Shown here piece after piece: positions 51,401 to 59,286 of a stretch of 64,000 nucleotides of DNA. The DNA is from Cellvibrionales bacterium (GTDB lineage: Bacteria; Pseudomonadota; Gammaproteobacteria; Pseudomonadales; UBA7239), in the NCBI GenBank assembly GCA_016713115.1, contig JADJPU010000001.1, positions 856,642 to 920,641 of the forward strand, written 5' to 3'. The position numbers and the translations under genes are program-made. Numbering within the stretch: position 1 is the first letter of the stretch; every line of letters begins with the position of its first letter. The notes beneath the pieces were generated by a model. It worked only from the letters and a program-made list of their open reading frames with translations. It had not been told where the DNA came from and searched no databases.

Positions 51401-52603
51401 CAAGCGTGACGCCATATCCAACAATGCATCGGCGGAAGCCTTTGTGCCGCTACCAATGCGCGCTTGTAAATCACGGATGATGGATTCAACTTTTTTGCGC
51501 TGTTCTGTCAAGCCCAACATTGCCAGCGTGTCGCCAGCCTGCTTAAACACCACCACTGCTGGTGCCAATGCCTCGTTGCTATTTTCTTCGCCACTGACAT
51601 AGCTGTTAAAAATTTCTTTGGCGCGCTGAAATTCTTCGTTCAATGCCAAAACTACTGAGCGCATGGCTTCAGGATCAATCGCACCAAACGCGCCGTCCGC
51701 ATCACTACTGCTCAAACCAGGCAGCGAATTATCTAAACGGTAACGCTGGCGTATCGACAAAATTTCTGGCGTTGTTCCTTGGCTGCGCGCAATGTAATAC
51801 AGCAGGTTTTTCAGCAGCTCTTCCGATGCCGGCTCGTCCAATGTCGTCACGCCTGCCGTTGCCATATGACGAATTTCTTTGTCCATGTCACGCAACAAAC
51901 TATTCAGCGTCACACTGCCAGAAATAACATCGCTTTCAATACCTTCCACCAAAGCAAGGCCGACATCCCACAGCGCTGAGCGCACCGTTCCCTGACACAC
52001 CTTGCGGAAGTTCTCAAACACCTTACGCAACGCAGGCAGCTGCGCGTCATAATTGCGATCTCGCATGATATTGACCATCACGGCCTCATACATGTGGCGC
52101 AACTTCTTCATCACATCATGAAATTTCTCGTCATCAAAACGCACACGAGGCCCACTCGCCTGCCGTGCAGCGCGCATATCCGGCGCAAATAGCTGTGACT
52201 CAGTAAATAGATTTTCACCGCGGATCGCCCGCAAATCGTTCAGCAAGCTGATCAAGGATGCCGGATCATCTGATCGAAAATTCTTCACGCGCTCCAAATA
52301 AACCGGCAACTGCAAAATGGCGCGCATTAAAACTTCGTGCGCATCTTTGGTGTTTGCGATTTTCTTGTCCACCAGAGCCTGCGTCAGTTTCTCCATTTCC
52401 TCTGCCAGCAGAGCACCACCGTGCAATTCCACCATCTGCAAAATATTAAGCACTTGGTGCAAATGATTAAGACAAAAGCGCAGACGAGGAACATCATCTG
52501 TATTGGAGACATAGGCCTCCAGTGCGCCTCCCGCCTCATTCAGTGTTTCGCCGATTTCACCAGCCACCCAATCCAGTGCGGTGAAATTTCTTTTATCGGC
52601 CAT
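45437..52603 (-). CDS. chpA: multi-Hpt CheA-type histidine kinase ChpA (Hpt x5 + degenerate N-terminal Hpt-like, dimerisation/HATPase, CheW, REC)
   Basis: 2388 aa. Five H-T-[LF]-K-G-[SG] Hpt motifs, an HATPase region (DHGVETPEKR..GRGVGMDVV), a CheW-like domain, and a C-terminal receiver (VMVCDDSVTVRK..LLLDIEMPRMDG). Confidence 0.9.
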   Translation of the reverse strand: MADKRNFTALDWVAGEIGETLNEAGGALEAYVSNTDDVPRLRFCLNHLHQVLNILQMVELHGGALLAEEMEKLTQALVDKKIANTKDAHEVLMRAILQLPVYLERVKNFRSDDPASLISLLNDLRAIRGENLFTESQLFAPDMRAARQASGPRVRFDDEKFHDVMKKLRHMYEAVMVNIMRDRNYDAQLPALRKVFENFRKVCQGTVRSALWDVGLALVEGIESDVISGSVTLNSLLRDMDKEIRHMATAGVTTLDEPASEELLKNLLYYIARSQGTTPEILSIRQRYRLDNSLPGLSSSDADGAFGAIDPEAMRSVVLALNEEFQRAKEIFNSYVSGEENSNEALAPAVVVFKQAGDTLAMLGLTEQRKKVESIIRDLQARIGSGTKASADALLDMASRLVEVEINLNARFNSGAQAAVDGAPLNMQSAVVSAHDTVLHECSNGLEQIKEAIVDYIGSQWDGAHLQALPELLQSVRGGLEIVGQRRAARILGACDRYIREKLIGSQNKPEFSAMDALADAIASIEYYLECLDEDVIEEQDETLAVAESSVATLGYAVAVYHRAPQAYLDEAPVIEPLDTEAPVEVPMLAETIVTEVDAAESELTQEMMEGSVESAVEADIPMLETVELLTEEPVPVVAAPVVTASAAASVAAASVAAPVGDASVKPESIDAPLVIEDYDEEIAEIFIEEAGEVLEAIHEYYPKWREDFSDNASLTEFRRAFHTLKGSGRMAKAIELGELSWSVENMLNRIIDGTIQPSKDLCTVIDAVVEKIPSMIEAFSQLKVDPQPALSERLSKAASAIANGQPLPSLAAPDVSDAVPVLESAAEEIVVDEIAPAEEFFAAEDALVVDELTAEEVEWPALPDVQEIQQAPVAAAFEEAVVEMSVPEEMADISTAEPDIGFKPVVEMEDMDADFDPVLWEIFASEAETHLQVADEWLAYARERAPLPVETSDPLQRALHTLKGSAHMAEVTPIAELATPFEKLVKELRAYQIAVGEEFSSLLSEVVDEIRYGLQLIDQHKKVVLPHCASLLARTDALRAVLTGGGEVEATAKSEAPISATVDPTRFNNFLLTDMDALMDVAPRLAQWRAQQDHSGLDRILFELAEMAAGADEAGLAPIASLARAIAPAYAHAIQSNSAFAAWETLAIEAHNHLIDFMDRLAASEDLAQDTAMEDNIAQFCATEFVDTEVVAAEYVEASVEDVVAETSAEEELVVDAAISEPASTVTDDAAVLAELDADLLDIFLEEADEILEQLDEEIHQWSEDPQTSMADAVRRSLHTFKGGARMCGLMLLGTWAHDLETQLEFFTGDADASLFALLNECQDRLFRGVAMVRAWRNGETATVNFAALAGDAEPAFVSAPVIDEHVVASAEENIEEIVIEPIAIDEVLPVEEASTIEASVPEISVVEEVAIDTKEPVAIAGADILEYSDDIDEELLGIFLEEADELTEELEQLIGDWQAAPEDSSFADALRRNLHTLKGGARMAGLTGLGSLAHDLETQLETFSGAADHALFAQILQCQDAILTGVKQGRMLAAGERPQAAVVPLVAPVPAPVVEEPVVAAVVEEEPIAQEIIEEVAASAIEVMDLGISEDADPEMFALFLEEASELVEDLETQIDAWRNAPEDKSFCDSLKRILHTFKGGARMTGIMALGELAHDLETQLEQFSGVADDALFATINDYYEKMLKGVAQVKRIVAGESVAIAPVAPVVAEKTAVSPQPAAKKPTDTPAPQSATIIPFRGGQLPRGLEDAIAGRKATHAAVDAKAAQAQQEMVKVSADLLENLVNLAGETSISRARVEQQMIDIERTAEEMDATITRLQDQLRRLEAETDAQIQSRMTEIQERSDDFDPLEMDRYSTVQQLTSSLTESASDLLDIRSSLTNKLRDTETLLVQQARINTGLQEGLMRSRMVPFSRLEPRLRRIVRQVAGELKKDIAFDLENVQGELDRTMLERMVAPLEHMLRNACDHGVETPEKRLAAGKSKQGRIVLSLGRDGGDILISLRDDGGGINVDAVRKKAIERGLLTPDSPITDNEALQFILQAGFSTAEKVTQISGRGVGMDVVHSEIKAMGGSMTIQSAVGKGTEFIVRLPFTVSVNRALMVRVGEDTFAIPLTSIEGLVRVSPYELESYYEDPTARFEYAGRQYEVRYLGAMLRTKMHANVETSTLPEPVILVRSAEHTVALHVDQLIGSREIVVKALGPQFAAVPGLSGATLLGDGSVVVILDLLALVRANLAHEGASTSSAQSVAPTMEENITVMVCDDSVTVRKVTSRLLEREGFNVMLAKDGADALLQMQDRLPDVLLLDIEMPRMDGFEVASTMKNSHRMQDIPIIMITSRTGEKHRERAVAMGVERYMGKPYVEEELLLNINDLVGERLANRMARYERDGS

Positions 52604-52652
52604 GGCCTAGCTCCTGTCGCTGCCGGTTTTTATTCTGTCCGGCTTATCAAAA

Positions 52653-53573
52653 CTATTTTACGCAGACATACGCCTGCACACCGTCATCCGCCACGGGTTC
52701 TAGCAACGGATGCTCCCAATCCACAATCTCACCCAAACCAATAATCAAAATGCCGCCTTTTTTTAAGCGCTCAGCAAGATTATTCAAAATTTTTCTGCGC
52801 CGCCAACGGCGAAAATAAATCAGCATGTTATTGCACGAAATGATGTCCATCTTCACCATGGGCATCTTTTTCAATTCAATCACATTGCCATTGGTAAAGC
52901 AGACGCGCTCACGCATCTCTTCTGAAATGCGACAACGCAGTTGATCGTAATCAGAAAAATATTTTTCACGCAAAGGCGGTGGAACCATATCGAGTTTGCG
53001 TTTGGAATAAATGCCCTGTCTGGCAAATGTTTGCGCCGGCATGGAAATATCCATCCCCGTCACACCCCAGTAATTCTCCAGGCCCGCAGACTCAAAACAC
53101 TCGTCCAAAATCATTGCCAAGGTATACGGCTCTTCGCCTGTGGCGCAGCCTACGCTCCACACATCAAAAGAGTCACTAACTTGCCCATTAGCAATGCGTT
53201 GGTTGATGTAGTTGCGCAGAAAGTCAAAAGTTGGTTGATGGCGAAAAAAACTTGTCTCTTTTACTACTAAGCGATCAATCAATGTTGACCACTCCATCAC
53301 GCTACTTACGCCTTCATGCAAGCTACGGAAATATTCTTCAAAACTGATATTGCCCAGCTCGCGCACACGAATCGTCAGCTGCGATTGCAAAAAAGTTTTT
53401 TGCTGCGGAACGAGATGGATGCCCGTGCGCTCTTCTAATAATTTACGCCAACTGGCGAAACTCTCTTCGCTCAGCTCACCCTGCGCCTGCATCGACCAAC
53501 CGCCTGCGCCTGCACCGTTTTTGCGTGTGGCACGCACAGGCGTGGCGGAAGCTGGTGGGCGCACGATGGTCAT
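52653..53573 (-). CDS. pilK: CheR-like chemoreceptor methyltransferase PilK
   Basis: 306 aa. ETSFFRH, VWSVGCATGEEPY, ISCNNMLIYF motifs. Lies between pilJ and chpA. The exact start is uncertain. Confidence 0.8.
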   Translation of the reverse strand: MTIVRPPASATPVRATRKNGAGAGGWSMQAQGELSEESFASWRKLLEERTGIHLVPQQKTFLQSQLTIRVRELGNISFEEYFRSLHEGVSSVMEWSTLIDRLVVKETSFFRHQPTFDFLRNYINQRIANGQVSDSFDVWSVGCATGEEPYTLAMILDECFESAGLENYWGVTGMDISMPAQTFARQGIYSKRKLDMVPPPLREKYFSDYDQLRCRISEEMRERVCFTNGNVIELKKMPMVKMDIISCNNMLIYFRRWRRRKILNNLAERLKKGGILIIGLGEIVDWEHPLLEPVADDGVQAYVCVK

Positions 53574-53601
53574 GGTGTTTTAACGCGCTGCGAGCACCTC
53601 A

Positions 53602-55659
53602 TTACGCAAACGAGAGATGTCCACTTTCAGCGCCCGCGCCAGTGGCACCGCCCATCGCACGCGCCACCTCGTCTGGCAACTTAAAGCCTTGTACGGAGTC
53701 GCGCAAATCAACAGCCATTTCGGCCAAGTGTCCAATCGCGCGCGCCGTTGCGTTAGTACCCGCAGAAGTTTGCGAAGTAATCTCTTGGATAACATTCATC
53801 GTGTTGGAGATGTGACCCGCAGATGAAGCCTGCTGACGCGCCGCGTTGGAGATGTTTTGAATCAATTCCGCGAGTGTGGTCGATACGTTTTCGATTTCCT
53901 CCAGTGCTACACCCGCGTCTTGCGCCAGGCGTGCACCACGCACTACTTCTGCTGTGGTTTGTTCCATCGACGCTACCGCTTCGTTGGTATCCGTCTGGAT
54001 GGTTTTTACCAGCGCTTCAATCTGTTTGGTTGCTGCTGATGAACGCTCCGCGAGGCGCTGTACCTCATCCGCTACCACCGCGAAGCCTCGACCCGCATCA
54101 CCCGCCATCGACGCTTGAATCGCGGCGTTTAACGCAAGAATGTTGGTTTGGTCGGCAATATCGTTAATCAACGATACGATATCACCAATTTCTTGTGATG
54201 ATTCACCGAGACGCTTAATCCGTTTTGAAGTTTCTTGAATCTGATCACGGATATTGTCCATGCCTTGAATGGTGTTCTGTACCACTTCTGCGCCTTTGTT
54301 GGCGATAGATACCGACCGCTCCGCTACCGCCGCTGATTCTGCGGCGTTGGCCGATACTTGGTCGATGGTTACTGCCATTTCATTCACCGCCGCCGAGGCG
54401 CCGGCAATTTCTTGTGCTTGGTGATCAGACGCTTCTGCCAAGTGCAGCGCAGTACCCTGTGTTTCTTGCGCCGCTGACGATACACGCACCGCTGTGTCAT
54501 TGATTCGCGATACCAGTACACGCAGGTTGTCGATAGTGAAGTTGATAGAGTCGGCAATCGCGCCCGTAAAATCTTCCGATACCGTTGCCGTGGTAGTTAA
54601 GTCACCATCAGCCAAATCGGCCAGCTCATCCAATAAACGCAAAATCGCTGTTTGGTTTCTTTCATTTTCAGACTCTTGCACATGCAAACGGCTACTACCC
54701 GAACGCAATAACATTACCGCCATCAACACCATGACAATCAACTACAAAGCGGCAGAAAATATAAAGATCCCGTTCCAGCGCTTGGCATCGGGCAAGTTTG
54801 TTGCCGCATCATTCATGTTAGACAGCTCCTGCAGCAATGCAGCAGTGTCAGCCTGCAGCGCATTAGCAGAGGCTTGGCTACTCTCCAAGAACACTTGTTT
54901 TGCCGCCGCAATCGAATTAGACGATTCTGAAATTACCTTAAACAGCGCAGCCACTTCATTCAACGATTGCGTTACGCTTGCTTGGTGCGCCATTTGCAAG
55001 GAAGCACTCAGTACTTGCCCAAACTTGGCGGCGTCTTCACCCAATTGATCCGCAGCGACCTCCGCATCTTCCGTGCCTGCACTTAATTTATCAATATTGC
55101 GTGCAATGCGCTCTGCCAACCACGACTGTGACTGTGCATTTGCTATCTCTTGTGCAGAAGCGCCACTTTGCAACATGCGCTCACCTACAGCCTCATACTG
55201 CTCCTGAATTTGCGGAATAGTTTGCTTTAAACGCTCAGAAATATCGTGTACTTGCAACAGAATGGCTTTGTTTTTGTATACCGTTTCACCATCCAGTTTG
55301 AGGCGACTCCATGCATCACGGGCCGGCGCAGTTTGATCTGCAATCGCCCCCATCACGGCTTTGTTTTTCGCACCCTCTAGCTCACCCCACAACTGCGCCA
55401 TGTCGCTCAGTGTTTCATTGGCTTCATCAAAGCTGAGTTCCGCACCCGCAACAGCAAAGCGCAGCGCCTCAACAAAGCGATAGTTCGCCGATCGCAGATC
55501 GTCACTCGTTTTGAGAAACCCTTGAATATTTTTATTGGTTTCTTGAATCTTGAAGGCTGATAACCCTAACGCAACCAGCGACAACACCAAAATAACGGAC
55601 AACACCGATAGCATCGGATTCGCCCGCAAGTTGGCAACAATATTGGTATTTTTATTCAT
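53602..55659 (-). pseudogene. pilJ: type IV pilus methyl-accepting chemoreceptor PilJ with an in-frame TAG in TM2
   Basis: ORFs 54742..55659 and 53602..54741 abut in the same frame: ..RWNGIFIFSAAL-TAG(54744-54742)[15 protein letters not shown].. The downstream part has [42 protein letters not shown] plus the MCP signalling domain. Confidence 0.85.
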
Positions 55660-55751
55660 AGTTAGACTCCAACCCCTTGTAAGACTATTGCCCTGTTTAA
55701 CTGATTCAAAAATTTAATTTCTTGTTTGTCTGATTTACCACTTCTCTTTCG

Positions 55752-56303
55752 TCAACCCGCTTGTGCGACCTGAAAGAATCTCTCGTCCTGCACCATCTGC
55801 CACGGGCTAAAAACCACCCAGCCCCGCGCCCCATCCTCCTGAAAACTACCCTGTAGATACGGCACCATGGCAGGGAAATCGATGCCTGCCATTTCAGATA
55901 CATAGCTATCGACAGGAAAATGCTGCATCCCGAGGATGCCGTCCACAATCAAGCCACAATAGGTGTCGCCATTTTCAACTACCAGCACGCGACGGTTACG
56001 GCGCGGCGCCTCCAATTTTCCACCCAAGTACGCTGCGAGATCCGTCAGTGGCAGCAAACGACCACGCACATTGGCCAAGCCACGCACCCAGTTCTGCACA
56101 CCGGGCAGCTCCGTATAGGAAGGTAATTCCAACATCTCAGTCACTTCACTCATGGGCGCGACAAACTTCTGCCCAAACAAAGTAAAGCCAATACCACTCC
56201 AATGCGGCTTGATATCCAACTGCGAAGGCAAACCCTTGGCGGTGCGCCGCGCGTTGAGCGCTACATCCAGTAGTTTGTTAAACGCTTGTGTCGACCCGCT
56301 CAT
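55752..56303 (-). CDS. pilI: CheW-like protein PilI
   Basis: 183 aa with a CheW domain. Lies between pilH and pilJ. Confidence 0.85.
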   Translation of the reverse strand: MSGSTQAFNKLLDVALNARRTAKGLPSQLDIKPHWSGIGFTLFGQKFVAPMSEVTEMLELPSYTELPGVQNWVRGLANVRGRLLPLTDLAAYLGGKLEAPRRNRRVLVVENGDTYCGLIVDGILGMQHFPVDSYVSEMAGIDFPAMVPYLQGSFQEDGARGWVVFSPWQMVQDERFFQVAQAG

Positions 56304-56325
56304 CCCTATGGCTCTCAGCTAATGG

Positions 56326-56703
56326 CTAGAAAAGTATCGCGCCGCCCATAACTTGGCGCACGGAATCCACTAACTTCTTCTCATCCACTGGCTTCACTAG
56401 GTAGCCCTTGGCTCCCTGTCGTTTACCCCACAGTTTGTCGGTCTGTTGGTCTTTGGTGGTGACGATAATCACGGGAATATGCGCAGTCTCAGGCGCCTGG
56501 GTCAACTGACGGGTAGCCTGAAAGCCATTAAGGCCAGGCATAACCACATCCATCAACACCAAGTCGGGCAGATGCTTTTTGGCGGCCGCGACACCGTCCA
56601 TGCCGTTATCCGCTTTGAACACGACAAAGCCATTTTTTTGTAATACGGTTTCCATTTTGTAAGTTTCGGTCGGCGAATCATCGACAATCAATACACTAGC
56701 CAT
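56326..56703 (-). CDS. pilH: CheY-like response regulator PilH
   Basis: ORF 56326..56715. ATG 56703 follows GAGGAAG. The product MASVLIVDDSPTE..VVMPGLNGFQATRQL..IPVIIVTTKDQ..DKLWGKRQGA is near-colinear with P. aeruginosa PilH. Confidence 0.9.
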   Translation of the reverse strand: MASVLIVDDSPTETYKMETVLQKNGFVVFKADNGMDGVAAAKKHLPDLVLMDVVMPGLNGFQATRQLTQAPETAHIPVIIVTTKDQQTDKLWGKRQGAKGYLVKPVDEKKLVDSVRQVMGGAILF

Positions 56704-56755
56704 GCGCTTCCTCATTTATTTCCAATGCAATACAACCCAAAACTTGGGTAACCAC

Positions 56756-57157
56756 TTAGTCAGCAACAGGGGCACTAAGGTGTGTGTGCTGCTCGATAGC
56801 AGCCAACAACTCGTTTTTGCTGAAGAGCTTGGTGAGGTACTGATCCGACCCAACAATCCGTCCTTTGGCTTTATCAAACAAACCATCCTTGGATGACAAC
56901 ATAATGACCGGTGTGGACTTGAACTCGCTGTTATTCTTGATCAGGGCGCAAGTCTGATAGCCGTCTAGGCGCGGCATCATAATGTCCACAAAAATCAGGT
57001 CTGGGCGGGTATCGGCAATCTTAGCCAGTGCATCGAAGCCATCTGTCGCAGTGACAACTTTACAACCTGCCTTCTCCAGCAGCGTTTCAGCGGTGCGCCG
57101 AATTGTCTTGCTGTCATCAATGATCATGATGGTGAGATCTTCAAACTTATCAGCCAT
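56756..57157 (-). CDS. pilG: CheY-like response regulator PilG
   Basis: 133 aa. IDDSKTIRRTAETLL..DGFDALAKIADT..FVDIMMPRLDGYQTCALIKNNSEFKSTPVIMLSSKDGLFDKAKGRIVGSDQYLTK is almost identical to the PilG core. Confidence 0.95.
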   Translation of the reverse strand: MADKFEDLTIMIIDDSKTIRRTAETLLEKAGCKVVTATDGFDALAKIADTRPDLIFVDIMMPRLDGYQTCALIKNNSEFKSTPVIMLSSKDGLFDKAKGRIVGSDQYLTKLFSKNELLAAIEQHTHLSAPVAD

Positions 57158-57358
57158 GCTTTTTAGCCCTTACATTATTGTTCGGCATTTCTAACACAGT
57201 TTCCCACGGCAATCCACACGCTCCCGCGATATCAGCGACCTACTTTTATCTAATTGAACAATAGCCACTCCTCGGCAGCGGTTCAGTCTGTCGGATAGGT
57301 TTGCTACAGTGTGCCGATCTTTTTAATCACTCTCACACTCATGCATAGCACGCTGACG

Positions 57359-58330
57359 ATGCAAACAAAAAAACACCGCACACTGGCTGTCGTCATGGAT
57401 CCCATCCATGCTATTCACTACAAGAAAGACACAACCTTAGCCATGTTGTGGGCAGCGCAAGACGCGGGCTTCGCGCTGTACTACATGGAGTTGGGTGACC
57501 TGCTCCTTCAAGGAGCGCATGCCTACGGCATGATGCGCCCATTCACTGTGCAGCGCGACCCCCAGTGCTGGTTCACACTACAGGAGGGCAGCATCAAACC
57601 GCTTGCCGACCTAGATGTTATTTTGATGCGCAAAGATCCTCCATTTGATATGGATTACATCTACGCCACTTATATTCTTGAACGCGCCGCCAAAGAAGGC
57701 GTTTTGGTTAGCAACAATCCTGCCGATTTGCGCAACTGTAACGAAAAACTGTTTGCGACAGAATTTTCCCAATGTACACCGCCGCTATTGGTCAGCAGTC
57801 GCGCCGATGCACTGCGCGCGTTTCAACAAGAGCACGGCGACATCGTGTTAAAACCGTTGGACGGCATGGGCGGTCGCTCCGTATTTCACATCAAAAATGA
57901 CGGACAAAATCTCGGCGTAATTATCGAAACCCTGACCAATAGCGGCCAGCATCCGATCATGGCGCAACGCTTTTTGCCTGAAATTGCCGCAGGTGATAAA
58001 CGCATTTTGATGATAGACGGCGTACCGATTTCACATTGTTTAGCGCGCATCCCCAGCAGCGGCGAGCATCGCGGCAACTTAGCGGCAGGCGGCAGTGGCG
58101 AAGTGCGTCCACTCACCGACAGAGATCGCTTCATCGCCGCACAAGTTGCTCCAGAATTAAAACGCCGCCACCTACATTTTGTCGGTTTAGATGTCATCGG
58201 CGATTACTTAACAGAAATCAATGTCACCAGCCCCACTTGCCTGCGCGAAATAGAAGCTGCTACCGGCGAAGCAATTGCCACGCGCTACATCCATTGCCTG
58301 CAACAAAAACTCGAAGCCAGCGCGCGCTAA
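57359..58330 (+). CDS. gshB: glutathione synthetase
   Basis: ORF 57311..58330. The start choice (57341 or 57359) is uncertain. VMDPIHAIHYKKDTT.., ILMRKDPPFDMDYIYATYILE, LKPLDGMGG, LTEINVTSPTC. Confidence 0.9.
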   Translation: MQTKKHRTLAVVMDPIHAIHYKKDTTLAMLWAAQDAGFALYYMELGDLLLQGAHAYGMMRPFTVQRDPQCWFTLQEGSIKPLADLDVILMRKDPPFDMDYIYATYILERAAKEGVLVSNNPADLRNCNEKLFATEFSQCTPPLLVSSRADALRAFQQEHGDIVLKPLDGMGGRSVFHIKNDGQNLGVIIETLTNSGQHPIMAQRFLPEIAAGDKRILMIDGVPISHCLARIPSSGEHRGNLAAGGSGEVRPLTDRDRFIAAQVAPELKRRHLHFVGLDVIGDYLTEINVTSPTCLREIEAATGEAIATRYIHCLQQKLEASAR

Positions 58331-59265
58331 TGAAAAAAAATCGCCAACGCAAACTCGATCTAGACACAAACAGTCTAGAAACCAACACGAGCAGCAGCAC
58401 TGCTATTAACACACGCGACAAATTGGTTTTCACTGTATTTGTGGCTTTGATGGTACACGCCGTTGTAATCCTCGGCATCAGCTTCTCTGCCTATGGTCGC
58501 TTTCATGCGCGCCCCACTATTGAAGTCACGCTGGCGCAACACATCGACAGAACCGCACCGGACCAAGCCGATTACCAAGCACAATTCAATCAGCAAGCCA
58601 GCGGCACACTGGACAAAAAAGCAGAGCTGACCACCGATCAACGCGCCGACTTTTCTGACACCGTCATACGCGAAGTTACGCCAGAAAAACCCAAAGAAAA
58701 AGCCATTACCCAGCCCAATAAAAACACGCAGGTCATCACCACACGGCGCGAAACTAACAACAAAATCTCTCAAGATGAGAAAAAGAAAAAAGACGAGCCT
58801 ATTGTAGAAAATCCAGGTGAAGATACTGAAGAAACCCTTTCCAACAGCGAAATTGCCAGCCTGCAAGCCAAGCTGGCACAACAACGCCAAGCCTACGCCA
58901 AACGCCCGCGTGTAAAAACGCTAACCTCCGTAGCAACGCGCGCCAGCGTTGATGCTGAATATTTAAATTTGTGGCAAGAAAAAATTGAACTGATCGGCAA
59001 CCTCAACTACCCACAGGAAGCGCGGCGCAAAAAAATTTACGGCCAGTTGCGACTGGTGGTTTCACTGCTGCCAGATGGCTCAATACACAATATCGAAATA
59101 CTGCAATCATCCGGTCAACGCATACTGGACGATGCCGCTATTCGCATCGTGCGTATGGCTGCACCTTTTGCACCTTTCCCTCCCGAGTTGCGCAAAGATG
59201 TCGACCGACTGGAAATTATTCGCACTTGGAAATTTGAAAAAGGCGACAGATTGACGAGTGAATAA
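58330..59265 (+). CDS. tonB: TonB-family energy transducer (TonB3-like by position)
   Basis: In ORF 58036..59265. ATG 58330 overlaps the gshB stop (TAATG). It has an N-terminal TM anchor, a K/E/P-rich spacer, and a TonB C-terminal domain (YPQEARRKKIYGQLRLVV..ILQSSGQRILDDAAIRIV). It lies next to gshB/pilG, as tonB3 does in P. aeruginosa. Confidence 0.8.
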   Translation: MKKNRQRKLDLDTNSLETNTSSSTAINTRDKLVFTVFVALMVHAVVILGISFSAYGRFHARPTIEVTLAQHIDRTAPDQADYQAQFNQQASGTLDKKAELTTDQRADFSDTVIREVTPEKPKEKAITQPNKNTQVITTRRETNNKISQDEKKKKDEPIVENPGEDTEETLSNSEIASLQAKLAQQRQAYAKRPRVKTLTSVATRASVDAEYLNLWQEKIELIGNLNYPQEARRKKIYGQLRLVVSLLPDGSIHNIEILQSSGQRILDDAAIRIVRMAAPFAPFPPELRKDVDRLEIIRTWKFEKGDRLTSE

Positions 59266-59286
59266 TCAACACGGGTTGCTATTTGC

